Assembly: GCF_037042905.1 (NCBI RefSeq)
Contig: NC_087245.1
Location: forward strand, 21,826,001 to 21,890,000
Source: Lytechinus pictus
Lineage: Eukaryota
Direction of reading: 5' to 3'
DNA: 64,000 bases
Position numbers and translations under genes: made by a program. The notes under the pieces are model-generated. The model did not search any database, was not told the origin of the DNA, and saw nothing but the letters and a program-made list of their open reading frames with translations. Positions 13,323 to 24,375 of the stretch are shown piece after piece. Positions within the stretch are counted from its first letter, which is position 1. Every line of letters starts with the position of its first letter.

Positions 13323-14806
13323 TGTACAAAAATTTTCTCTCTTCTTCACCACGCCTGAAGTGTTAAATACCCCTTGTGTATAGGCCAACAGCTATCCAGA
13401 GCGGGAAGTAACTTCTATCGATCTGTTCCGCTTCCTAAATAAAATACTTCTTGTTTACCGACAAAACCAACCCAGGATGCTCACGAAGGGGGCTTCCCCC
13501 AAACCAGGGTGTTTCCAATTATAGACTAAGCAATAGTGGCGGTTGGGTGTAAGTGTTGTACTTGGGCGTGAAAACGTGTAGTTGGCCTAAACTGACCCTA
13601 TAATTTTGTTAAAAGTAACCTATCAAATATAATAATGAGAGTTGAGACAGAGTGAGCATGATGAGAGAGGGGGGGGGGGGTAACAAGAAAAATAAGAGGT
13701 ACTAAGTGGGTGGGAGTGTTATGTGAGGGTGTGAAACATAAGATAGAGGGTGAGTTTTGGGGGTATGTATTATGTTCGTATAAGAGATGGGATTGGTTGC
13801 CTGTTGATGTCTGACTATCTTCCCCATGTCGATAAATAATGTGTACGTCTTCCCCGCTATCTTTTCACATTACCCCCCCCCCTCCCCTCTCTCCCCCCCA
13901 CCCCCCCTCTCTCTCTCTCTCTCCTTGTTGTTCTGTCACTCTTTCTCCTCCCCCTCTCCCCCGCCCCTTGGACAGAGCCCCGTCTATCCAACCACTAGAT
14001 TTCATACATTATTATACCAAGACACAAGACATACATTTTCTTGAGACATACATTTTCCTGTGATGTATCTATACATCCCCACGGTGTTTCACGTTAAAGG
14101 GTGTTTTATCAGAATCATGTCCAGGGTCTCAAAATGTATCACATTTCATTTCAGCTGAAGGAGGTGAAAGCAATTAAACATTTTACCCCTATAATAGTGA
14201 ATTAAACTCTGTTCTTTTTAACAATCGAGTCTATTACCATGATTACCGCATACGTATGTACATACTTATGTAAGTATTATGTAACTACATTTTTGAAATA
14301 GTTATGTAATTGATTTCCTAATCATCTAAGTTTATACATATTAATTAGTCTCTGTATGTATTGCCAAGCTGATGGCAAGGCATTTTCAATTCAAGACCTG
14401 TGCAGTTAAACCACTCCGAAATGACTTTTAAATGGAAAAAGTATTTTAATCCAATAAAAGAATAAAATTCTCTCAAACCGGATGAAAAATACCAAAGTTA
14501 TTATGATTTCTTTTTTTTTCATCTCATAACATGAAATTTGAAATATTTCAATTTCATTTTAAAAGAATTACGTGGTTTGTAAATTAATTTTTATTTCGAT
14601 AGAGAAGATGATCATATTTTGTTCAAGAAATTTGTACCTTTACCGTCACCCTATTCTTCATAACATAAAAAATAGTGTCTAGTGCCTCCTTCGAGACATT
14701 AAACAAGCATGATAATGAAGACAATATGCAAGACCCTTAATTGTTCCCATATTATTTCCTTCATCGTGACAATGAAAAGTGTATTCCCCCTGTTTTCCTC
14801 ATTTAA

Positions 14807-15391
14807 AAGCCAAGTCCACCCTAGAATTTTTTTTATTTGAATTAATAGAGAAAATCAAACAAGAATAACGCTGAAAATTTCATAAAAATCGGATGTAGAA
14901 TAAGAAAGTTATAACATTTTGAAATTTTGCTTATTTTGCACAAAACAGGAATATATGCACGACAAAATGTCATGCAAATAAGAGAATGGATGATGTCCCT
15001 CACTCACTTTTTATTTTGTTTTTATTATTTGAATTATACAATATTTCAATTTTTACATATTTGACAATAAGGACCAACTTGACTGAACCATAAAATTCTA
15101 AACCAATGGTAATTCCATATGTTCAGGGAGGAAGGAAACTTTGTTTCACAGAGAATGAGGAGAAAATTATAATATTTCATATATCATGTAATAAAATACA
15201 ACAGAAATAATGAGTGGATGACGTCATCAGTCTCTACATTTGCATACCGACCAGGATGTGCATATAACTGTTTCTGTGAAATTAACCGAAACTTAAAAAT
15301 GTCATCCGATTTTGATGAAATTTTCAGTGTTATGCTTTTTACATTTTTCTCTTTTTTTCAAATAAACTCATTGTTGGGATAGACTTGTCCT
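14807..15391. mobile_element. Kolobok/T2-like MITE
   Basis: TTAA|AAGCCAAGTCCACCC...GGGATAGACTTGTCCT|TTAA. Long imperfect subterminal inverted repeats (CTGAAAATTTCATAAAAATCGGATG / CATCCGATTTTGATGAAATTTTCAG). Confidence 0.8.
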
Positions 15392-15643
15392 TTAAAGTGT
15401 TCCTTGAGCAGAATATCGTGTTCTAAAAAATCTATTTTTAAGATCATAAAAATAGTGTCGGGTTTTTTTTTGGTTGACGATGGCAGGTGTTATGTCTCTA
15501 TATTCTGTAATACTCTAGGGAATGATTTCACCACGAGGCAGAACGGATAAAAAAATGCCTTGTGAAATGCCCTTCATAACAAAATAGAACCAAGAAGTTC
15601 TGTCGAACTTATTGAATTAAACTTGTTAATACAGCAATTTCGG

Positions 15644-15738
15644 CCTGGACTCTGGACAAACGAAATTTATTTGCAATTTTTCGTCAACTCCGAAACTTAG
15701 GACGAAACTTATATGTTCCCGTTCACCAATTTTCGAAA
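15644..15738 (+). repeat. Dispersed repeat; second copy at 50067-50160
   Basis: Shared CCTGGACTCTGGACAAA, CTCCGAAACTTAGGACGAAA and TTCACCAATTTTCGA. Confidence 0.85.
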
Positions 15739-15746
15739 AAGACCAA

Positions 15747-15890
15747 GCCGGGCATGATGGCTCAGTGGTAAAACGCCCGCCTCGTGTATAAAACGGGAGG
15801 TTGTGGGTTCGATCCCCACCCGCTTCATATCAAACACTGGTAAAAATGGGACCGTCTGCCTTCTTGCTTGGCGCTCAGCATTTAGAAGGG
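15747..15890 (+). mobile_element. tRNA-derived SINE, 5' part
   Basis: A box TGGCTCAGTGG (15758) and B box GGTTCGATCCC (15806), followed by a non-tRNA body. Confidence 0.7.
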
Positions 15891-16735
15891 TGATAATAAC
15901 ATATTATGATATGCAGAACCCTCTGGTGGTTACTGTGGGTTATTATTTTTTGTCATTTGTTGGGCATTCTCAAAACATTTTTTTGAATCCGTTCTGCGTC
16001 TCGGCACCAATAAACAGGGGGTCGAGAAGGGTAAAATCTCCGACCACCCTCCCCGCCCCCAATCTGCTCGGAGTTGCAAAAAAAATAAAGAATTTATCTA
16101 TTCGCGTTAAAAGTGGAAAATTTAGTTAAAGTATTGCATGTTTTGTCTGGCAGTTTCTAAGCAATAACGCATGTAATGTAATGAAATGATTTTGAGGAGG
16201 CTAAATTATACTCTTGCAATTCATAGTATTCAATGATCAATATGACAATTATAAATTCATACGATTAGCTTATTTTCAGATGAAAATAAAAGGCTTATTT
16301 CATATAGCTTTTTATCAAAGATGCCCAAACTGTTCGCAGTTATTATACTCTGGATTCTGGCCATGTTTGGATGAAAGGATAATTTCATGGTTTAATTTTA
16401 CAGATCAAACATCATGATATCAACATCAATTATTTGATTCAGTCGTAAAGGCTGCCATTGATTACAACAATATTTGTCTGTGATTGTTACAAATAGCAAA
16501 TGTATCACTAAGTTTATATGAGGTTATATACAAAAAACAAGGATGAACGAAGCTATTAAAATAAATAATGCTGTTAATGATAATAGTCTATACTGAAAAA
16601 TATCATATCACCACTGCTACTATAGACCCAAATTACTGTTATAATAACTTCTATGCTACAAAATGATAACAATAGTGATCAATGATATTGTTAGTAAGAC
16701 GAAAAATATCAATATTGTTAATGAAAACGTTTAAG

Positions 16736-16900
16736 GTAATCATGATGATGATGATAACAATAATAATAACAATAATAATGATAATAGTTATGATAATAAT
16801 GATTAAAATAATAATAATGATGATGATTATAATAATGATAATAATAATAAAATGATAATGATGATGATAATACTTATAATAATAATAATATAAAATAACG
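16736..16900. repeat. (AAT/GAT)n degenerate microsatellite
   Basis: Read directly from the sequence. Confidence 0.9.
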
Positions 16901-19570
16901 ATAATTTTAATAGAATTTTTACAACAATGATTTTGATAACAGTGATAACATTGACGTTCAATCTCTTCCCGTTCATGTACAGAATGAACAAACAAAATCT
17001 ATGTAAAGCATATTGTCTAGAAGCACAATGATACCATAATTAATTGATTCACAATTGGCACGAGTATCCCATTCAACATTTTTCCCTATGAGCCCTTCAA
17101 CAGAAAGGGAAAAAACAACCATAATGACTATATGCGCGGCTAATATCATAATACCAGGATCAGAGTGAATACATCACGTTGTCGATGAATAATATTCCTG
17201 CAATATCAATTTAGTCATCTCGTGATGATATGATAATTTTGTTTAAAACATACCTTTGCATTTGAACAAAGGTAATAATCACTATATTCCTCATAGAACT
17301 CTAGGGCAGCGCAAAGGTATCTTGATAGGAGAAGCGGGGGGGGGTGGGAGTTAGGAGTGTCATATATATGCGCACGGCTCAAACCACTATTTAAACACTC
17401 TTATTTCTTCATTTTTTGTTTTATAGTATCCTTTTATTGCTTTTACCAGTGAATAAAAACATAAACTGACTTCATAAACTTTGTAACATAAATGATACAT
17501 CATAATAACTTCATGAATAATACATCAAGGTACCAGTAGATAAGTACTTCGTGAACATATGCATAATTTATGAATTAATCCATTCATTTGCCAATTCACT
17601 GAAAGACATTAAGAAATATAATACATAAGTAAAAAAAAAAAAACACCCACACATCCTACATCCATCCATCTTTTCTTTTGTGTTCTTCCTATTTTTCTCC
17701 CCCCCCCCCACTTTTTTTCATTAAACGAAAAATTACAAGGTGAGATCCCTTACCTTAGCAACAATTTTCCCATGATATCCAAAACAAAGAATTTAATTCA
17801 TATCTCCCTTTCTCTCTCTCTCGTTCTATATTTCTTCTTTTTCTATCACTCCATTTCTATGATATTTGAATGATTGGTCAGATTTCGAAAAATGCGACCA
17901 TGAACACGATAATCTTTTGACCGGGCTGAAAGTACATCGGACTTGGCCTAATATAATGTAATCTTTTGACGGACCGCCAAAATTTCAAAGTCATATTTGT
18001 TAGATTTCAATTTGTGTAATAATTCATGGGACCATTTATGCCTATTCAGTTCAAATTATTTAATGATATGCAAGTAGCACTCGATCTAAATATTGAAGAA
18101 TATCAATGAAATCAAATAGGTGAATGCTTATGCATAGTCATGCATAATGCGAATATTCTAATATACCGATTATTCCTCATTTATCATCGACATGGTTAGC
18201 TGACTACCTAGAATTTAGGATCAGTGTTTCAATTTTAAAATAAATAGCAATCTTTTTGCTATTTCGTTAAACTTCGATTGTAAAGTAAATTCCGCATGTT
18301 CTACTTCATATAAACCATAGTAAACAATACAAATCGAATTAAACAAAGCAAAATATGCCAGTAGTTTACAAAAGGAAGAACGCAATAATTCGTGTACTTT
18401 AGAAACGCCCGTGTTATTGTTAAAATGTCTTAGGGAAATTTGATGAATTATGAGTATGAGAGTGACCATGGAAAATATGGTGCATGATCTGAGGTAAATG
18501 TGATGTAAAAGGGTGAATTTTAGACCACCATACCGAAGGGGAGATCCTTTACTTGCAATTGGAAAGTGTTTTAAGTACCATATTCATACTACTACCACAC
18601 ACTGCACGTTAGGTTAAAATGAAGCAATATAAATCTAAATTTGTGAGCAATTTCCTGAATTTCATACTAAATTCGACGTATTTTCTTAGCTCTTGATTTT
18701 TGGGTTGAAGATTATATCACGTGTCAAAGTGTCTTTCTGTTTGGCATCAAGATCTGTCACATTCGTGTTGAGATCTCTATCAGATTGTTTCTTTATGAAA
18801 TAAGATCCAATGCGTCCCACACCCACATTCGTGTTAAGCCTGAATTACACTCAAAATAGAGAATAAATTCAATTAATTGTTTTCTTGATAAGAAACCCTA
18901 AACGACAGACTTTGAGGATTTGTATACTTGACAGCAAAGTGCATATTATTGAAATAGACAATCTTAGAATGTTAGAAAGGCTATTCCTCTTTATCATGTC
19001 TATAGGCGTAGTTCTAAATTTTGGATTGAGCGTGTGGGACGTGCGTTGTATGTTGGTGCGTTACGGGTTTATTCCTTGTTTTGCGTGTGTGTATGTATTT
19101 TGTGGGTGTGTGTGTGCATTTGGGAGAGAGTGATTGTGTGTATTTATGCATTGGGAATCCATAAATTGTGTGTAACCATGGTTTAAGATCGCTAGAGTTT
19201 GTAGAAGGGGAATGGGACATCAAAAAGGGGAAGGATAAACCCAAAGGGATTGTGGATAAAAAGTTATAGCATAACAAAACACACTGTACTGAAATTACGT
19301 ACTGCAGATAGTAGGCACACAATTAAACTAAGTATGACTCGATTGACTTTGACAAGCAAAATGTGATATGTTTTACCGGTTTTTACACTAACTTGACTAT
19401 ATTTCGTATTTGCATGCTTTCAATAATATATAATTTGGACTAAAATTACAATACCATACCTTGTTATATCAGTGTTGTATACCCTCTGTTAAATTATTCG
19501 GGGGAGTAATTCTTCTCGTAAGTGGCACTTGAAAATTATAATTAACTATGTTAATTATAATTTTCAAGTG

Positions 19571-19602
<32 letters not shown>

Positions 19603-19995
19603 TCAACAATTACATCTGTCTTTTCATTTGAGCCCAATTGGAAATTTGCCCGGTTCTTAAAACACATTTGATGTATCCCGAACTTCTATTTTTAGACAAT
19701 GAAATGGAAACTTATATGGGTGATCTTTGTGCAAAGATTATGTTGTAAGGAAATGATAGCTTAACCATGTTAGGAGTCGACACCCACCTCATAAGAAAAT
19801 GTGGCGAATTGCTCCCGTGCTCGTTTTTACTGACAGACATAAATAGAGTTTTGGAATATCTAACGAAAAGGAGTTGGAGACACGTTTAATGAATGCGAGT
19901 AAGATAAGCATCATAGCCAAAAATTAATTGGATCAGAAAACTGAATGCTATTTGTATACAATCTAATGTGAACTCACATATTTGTTGTACTTTAA

Positions 19996-20526
19996 TCCAA
20001 ATAAGACTGGGGGCCCGATACAGCCCCCCCCCCCCTCCCTCGACATTTATCGCGATAAATCCGCCGCGTAAATTTTTTTCACCGCGTCGCTCGCTGACAT
20101 TTTATTTTCAAGTCTCGCGCAACTTTTCAGACCAAATTGCGACCCCGGGTACGCGGTTCTGAAATTGCGCAACATTTCATAAGAGCATGCAGACCCAAAA
20201 TTGCTCAAAAACGTGAATTCGTGTACAAATCCAATAATACAAATAGTTTTTAGCCAAGATTCATAAATGTATCATTGTTTGTCATTTTACCCATCAAAAT
20301 CAATTATTTTCATCTTGTTTATGGTCAAAATAAAGTCCCAACAATTCCCAAAAGTCGAAAAGCAAGGAAATACATGTAATTAGAAAGTCAGGAAACAATA
20401 GAATACAGAAGAAAGTAAATGTGATGTTGAATTTTTTTAAAGTATATTTGATTAGATTGCTAAAAAGAATATGTGAACAAAAACTTAGCATTTTAGGAGC
20501 ATTATTATTCCGAGTCTATTATAGGA
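19996..20526. mobile_element. piggyBac-like (TTAA) non-autonomous element, probably internally deleted
   Basis: TTAA|TCCAAATAAGACT...AGTCTATTATAGGA|TTAA imperfect TIR with TTAA TSD. CpG-rich left end. Confidence 0.6.
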
Positions 20527-21005
20527 TTAATAGTTAAGAGAAGGGTTTTCTGCGTAAACGGTATGTAGCATGACCCCTGTAATGACTGATTATTGAATTG
20601 CTTATTCTCTGTAGTGAATATGTAGATATTGCCAAAATATAAGATAAAGTTTATGAATGAATACAACAATTGTTATAGTTTCATTGTTTGTTTGCTTTGC
20701 TTTTACTTCTGCGTTCAAAATATTACAATACGTAATATGAAATGTGTTTACATGCACACTGTACAAAATAATTCATAATATAAATAATATAGTCATAATC
20801 CATAATGAATACAACATAAGTATATGATATGTATTTAAAGCAACAACAACAAAAAACATTGCCACAGCTCGTAAAGGCCATGTCCACCCAAAATCCAAAT
20901 GTTTAAAGATGGAGTTATAGCTCCATGATTTAGATAAGCATTATGAAAACGTAGTAGTGTGCACACCGTGGAAGTCGGTGGTATTACGTATTATTTATGG
21001 TTTTT

Positions 21006-21810
21006 GTCTCACCTGCATATCAGAGTGAGACTATAGGCGCCGCTTTTCCGACGGCGACGGCGACGGCGGCGGCGGCGGCGGCGGCGTCAACACCAAATCT
21101 TAACCTGAGGTTAAGTTTTTGAAATGACAGCATAACTTAGAATGTATATGGACCTAGTTCATGAAACTTGGCCATAAGGTTAATCAAGTATTACTGAACA
21201 TCCTGCCTGAGTTTCATGTCACATGACCAAGGTCAAAGGTCATTTAGGGTCAATGAACTTAGACCATGTTGGGGGAATCAACATCAAAATCTTAACCTAA
21301 GGTTAAGTTTTTGAAATGTCATCATAACTTAGAAAATATATGGACCTAGTTCATGAAACTTATACATAAGGTTAATCAAGTATCACTGAACATCCTGCAT
21401 GAGTTTTCACGTCACATGACCAAGGTCAAAGGTCATTTAGGGTCAATGAACTTTGGCCGAATTGGGGTATTTGTTGAATTACAGCCATAAATTTGAAAGT
21501 GTGTTGGTCTAGTTCATAAAACTTGGACATAATAGTAATCAAGTATCACTGAACATCCTGTGCGAGTTTCAGGTCACATGATCAAGGTCAAAGGTCATGT
21601 AAGGTCAAAGAACTTTGGCCACGTTGGGGGTATTTGTTGAATTGCCATCATATCTCTATAAGTGTATTGGTCTAGTTCATAAAACGTGGAAATAAGAGTA
21701 ACCAAGTATCACTGAACATCTTGTGCGAGTTATAGTAGTTTTCAAAATCAGCACTGCTGCTATATTGAATCGCGTGATGCAGGTGAGACGGCCAGAGGCA
21801 TTCCACTTGT
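21006..21810 (+). mobile_element. Helentron-associated / DINE-1-type (Tsp/pearl-like) non-autonomous element with internal tandem array
   Basis: Preceded by a T run. Subterminal IR GTCTCACCTGCAT (21006) / ATGCAGGTGAGAC (21777-89). Short 5' hairpin partner GTGAGAC, (GGC)n microsatellite, and core repeats with periods 192, 163 and 163 bp. Confidence 0.8.
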
Positions 21811-22523
21811 TATTATTTGAAATGGATATACTTTGTTTCCTTATTTCAATTGTGATTATGCTCTCCATTGAATCACGTTTACGCTACTGTCAAACCAATG
21901 AAAGTGACTTCAAACCGAATAACTTTTCATATAAATTTATCATCGGAATGATCGATGTGGGGTCGGTTTTATTGGTGTAACGGTAGCCTAAAATTTAACT
22001 TAAACGTTAAGGGGTATACAGAAAAACAATTCACATTAATAATGCGAATATTAAAATTGGAGCTTGAACTCCATACCCTTACTTACAGACAGAAATATGA
22101 TTAATAATTGTTATCTCGTTGCATGCTGACAATGTCATGCGGATCGCCGTTTTATGAAAATTATAAATGAAAAATTCTGATTGAATTTTCACTTATATTT
22201 TCTTGTTGATTTTTCTTCATTCTTTCGAAACAATAAAATGTTTGGTTGAACTTGGCCTTGACATATTATGAATGGCATTAAAATGCTAACCTGATGATGA
22301 GCGTCCATCGGAGTAAAATAATTAGAACTGGATTAGTATGGTTGAATGGTTGATACGCATTTCCATCAGTATTGGTCATGGGAATCTAGAAATTGAAGAG
22401 TAATATTGATTGAACATAATAACTATTATAAAAACCACATTTAAAATCATGAGAGCAAAGAAATATTGAACACTTGTATGGTTGATTTTGTAAGGCCCAC
22501 GTCACAAGATATTAAGATGCTTA

Positions 22524-22588
22524 TATTATTATTATTAGTAGTAGTAGTAGTATAGTATTAGAAGTAGTAGTCGTCGTCGTAGTAGAAA

Positions 22589-22644
<56 letters not shown>

Positions 22645-22655
22645 ATAATATTATA
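22524..22655. repeat. (TAT)n/(GTA)n microsatellite
   Basis: Read directly from the sequence. Confidence 0.95.
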
Positions 22656-22968
22656 ATTACTGTTGTTGCAAAACTAAAGAAAAAATATATATACACATGT
22701 ACAAAAATTTCACAGTCTATTACAATGCTATTATCATAGTACTCACAATGTCGGTAAATTGGTGAAAAGATGTCATATGACTTGTAATTATTCACTGGTG
22801 ACATTGTAAGTAAAATACTACTTTCAATCAGTCTTTCATTTATTGATATTAAAGTTATTACAGCGGAGTACAAATGTTTTAAAACCATATTATGTATTAT
22901 GTGAATTATGTGTTGATCGTTGTCTCATTTTCTTGCATGTAGACACGATCAAGTAATTAAACAGCTAT

Positions 22969-23110
22969 GGGGCCCATTTCATAACGACAAGTACTATGAA
23001 CAGTTGCCATGGAAATATATACTGTGATTGGCTGTGAGCTATGTTACAATGGTAGTTGCCATATTGTGGCCAATTTACAACTGTTGTAAGTCTTTCATGA
23101 AACAGACCCC
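22969..23110. mobile_element. Small Harbinger-like MITE carrying X-box-like and CCAAT motifs
   Basis: Imperfect TIR GGGGCCCATTTCATAA...TCATGAAACAGACCCC. Internal GTTGCCATGGAAAT and TGATTGGCT. Confidence 0.55.
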
Positions 23111-23161
23111 TGATCGTGTCTTTAGATATCATTAATATTTTTCATTTCCGTTTTCCTACAG

Positions 23162-24179
23162 ATTTGACACTGCGAAATATTCGATTTTCAACAACTGGAC
23201 AATATACATCCACTGAAATAACGGCAAATGGATTATCGTCATCTTCTGAGGCGTATTTGGGTAAATATTGAAAATATCGATGAATTCCGCTTTTAAGATG
23301 ATTGAATAAATCACGTGATTTCTAGAAGCATTATTTCACTCGAAATCATCATTCGATTTAAGAATATCCATTCTATTGTTTTGATCGTTTGAATCGTCAT
23401 GGGAATTCTGTTTGGCGCGTCTTTCACCACAGCATGTTTCGTAGATGACTCTTCTCCATTTCAAACAAAGGAATAAGATCGAAGGATGAGCAGGCGATGA
23501 GGACAGGAAAAGTAATCTTTCATCGGGGAAAACTGGAACGATATAAAACCGGATATCGATATGTATTGATTAGCAACAGACGACAGTGGGAATCAAACAA
23601 GTGAGCTCTCAGGATAGAATGGAAATATAATTTTAACGAATGTGAGATTAAAGAAATGTGGCCATATTGGGAGTAGTCTCTGTCGGCGGAATCATTACAA
23701 ATGATTTATGATGTCATTATTCATTGTGATGATTGCTTTGATCAAAACGAATAAAGCATAATTTGTTTTCTTGTTTTTTTTTTTTATCGTCGCTGGTGAT
23801 AGCCAATTTGGATTAACGTGAAGTTTTGAAGTCTGCATTTTGTGAAAGCAAAGAATTTGGTGACTACGCTTATCTCTAGATTTATGAAGTGGATACAGTT
23901 GTCAATTCCTGCAAGAATAAGTTAAGAAGGAGCAAAAATGCATTTAATCGTCTAAAATCGTCGTTGGGGGACTGTGACAAAGAAATGAATGTATGTATCC
24001 TTGATGTGAGTTCTACTGAAGGTGATTAGTAATCGTCGCCGACTCCTACTCTAACCCAGGAGCTTTAACCCGGATTATCATCCCCGTTCATCAATCAACA
24101 AAGCCTTGATTTTCATACACTAATTATTTAAATTATTTAATTCTAATTATTCAAACTTTGACTGGAACGTGAGCGTAGT
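23162..24179 (+). other. Probable exonic 5' leader preceding the 24180 ATG (alternatively a 99-nt exon 23162-23260)
   Basis: Strong acceptor ttttcatttccgttttcctacAG| at 23160-61 followed by repeat-free sequence. Possible internal donor TGG|GTAAAT at 23261. Confidence 0.45.
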
Positions 24180-24375
24180 ATGCAGCTGGTCCCGGTGAGC
24201 CGAGTTAATTATGGCGATGGAGGTGGTGGATTTTTCCACACCGGTGGGGGCCAGTACCCACCGAGGTATAATGCTAATCGCATAGATCATAACCGACCGC
24301 CTAGCTTCAACTTTAGTACCTGGGCGAACAACCTCGAGGGGATGTGGGGGCGAACCAAGGACAAGTTCAACAAAG
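24180..24375 (+). CDS. Probable first coding exon (65 aa + 1 nt, phase 1) of an unidentified multi-exon gene: MQLVPVSRVNYGDGGGGFFHTGGGQYPPRYNANRIDHNRPPSFNFSTWANNLEGMWGRTKDKFNK
   Basis: ATG with A at -3 (agtATG). Sequence is locally GC-rich against an AT-rich background and the peptide is protein-like. It ends at a consensus donor AAAG|GTAAGC (GT at 24376). The ORF-track extension to 24485 is probably intron read-through. Confidence 0.75.

Noticed and set aside
15747..15825. tRNA gene (also tRNA-like stretches at 39151, 39767, about 25995-26052 and about 54519-54570)
   Set aside because: A/B boxes are present but there is no complete cloverleaf or T-run terminator. They continue into SINE bodies or are decayed heads.
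21090..21750. Regular repeats suggesting a CRISPR array
   Set aside because: These are long tandem units without unique spacers inside a eukaryotic transposon, and no cas genes are present.
24180..24375. Assigning the gene to KChIP, PDE1, stathmin or synaptotagmin
   Set aside because: Only architectural or few-residue resemblance. No conserved domain is in the window, so no symbol is given.
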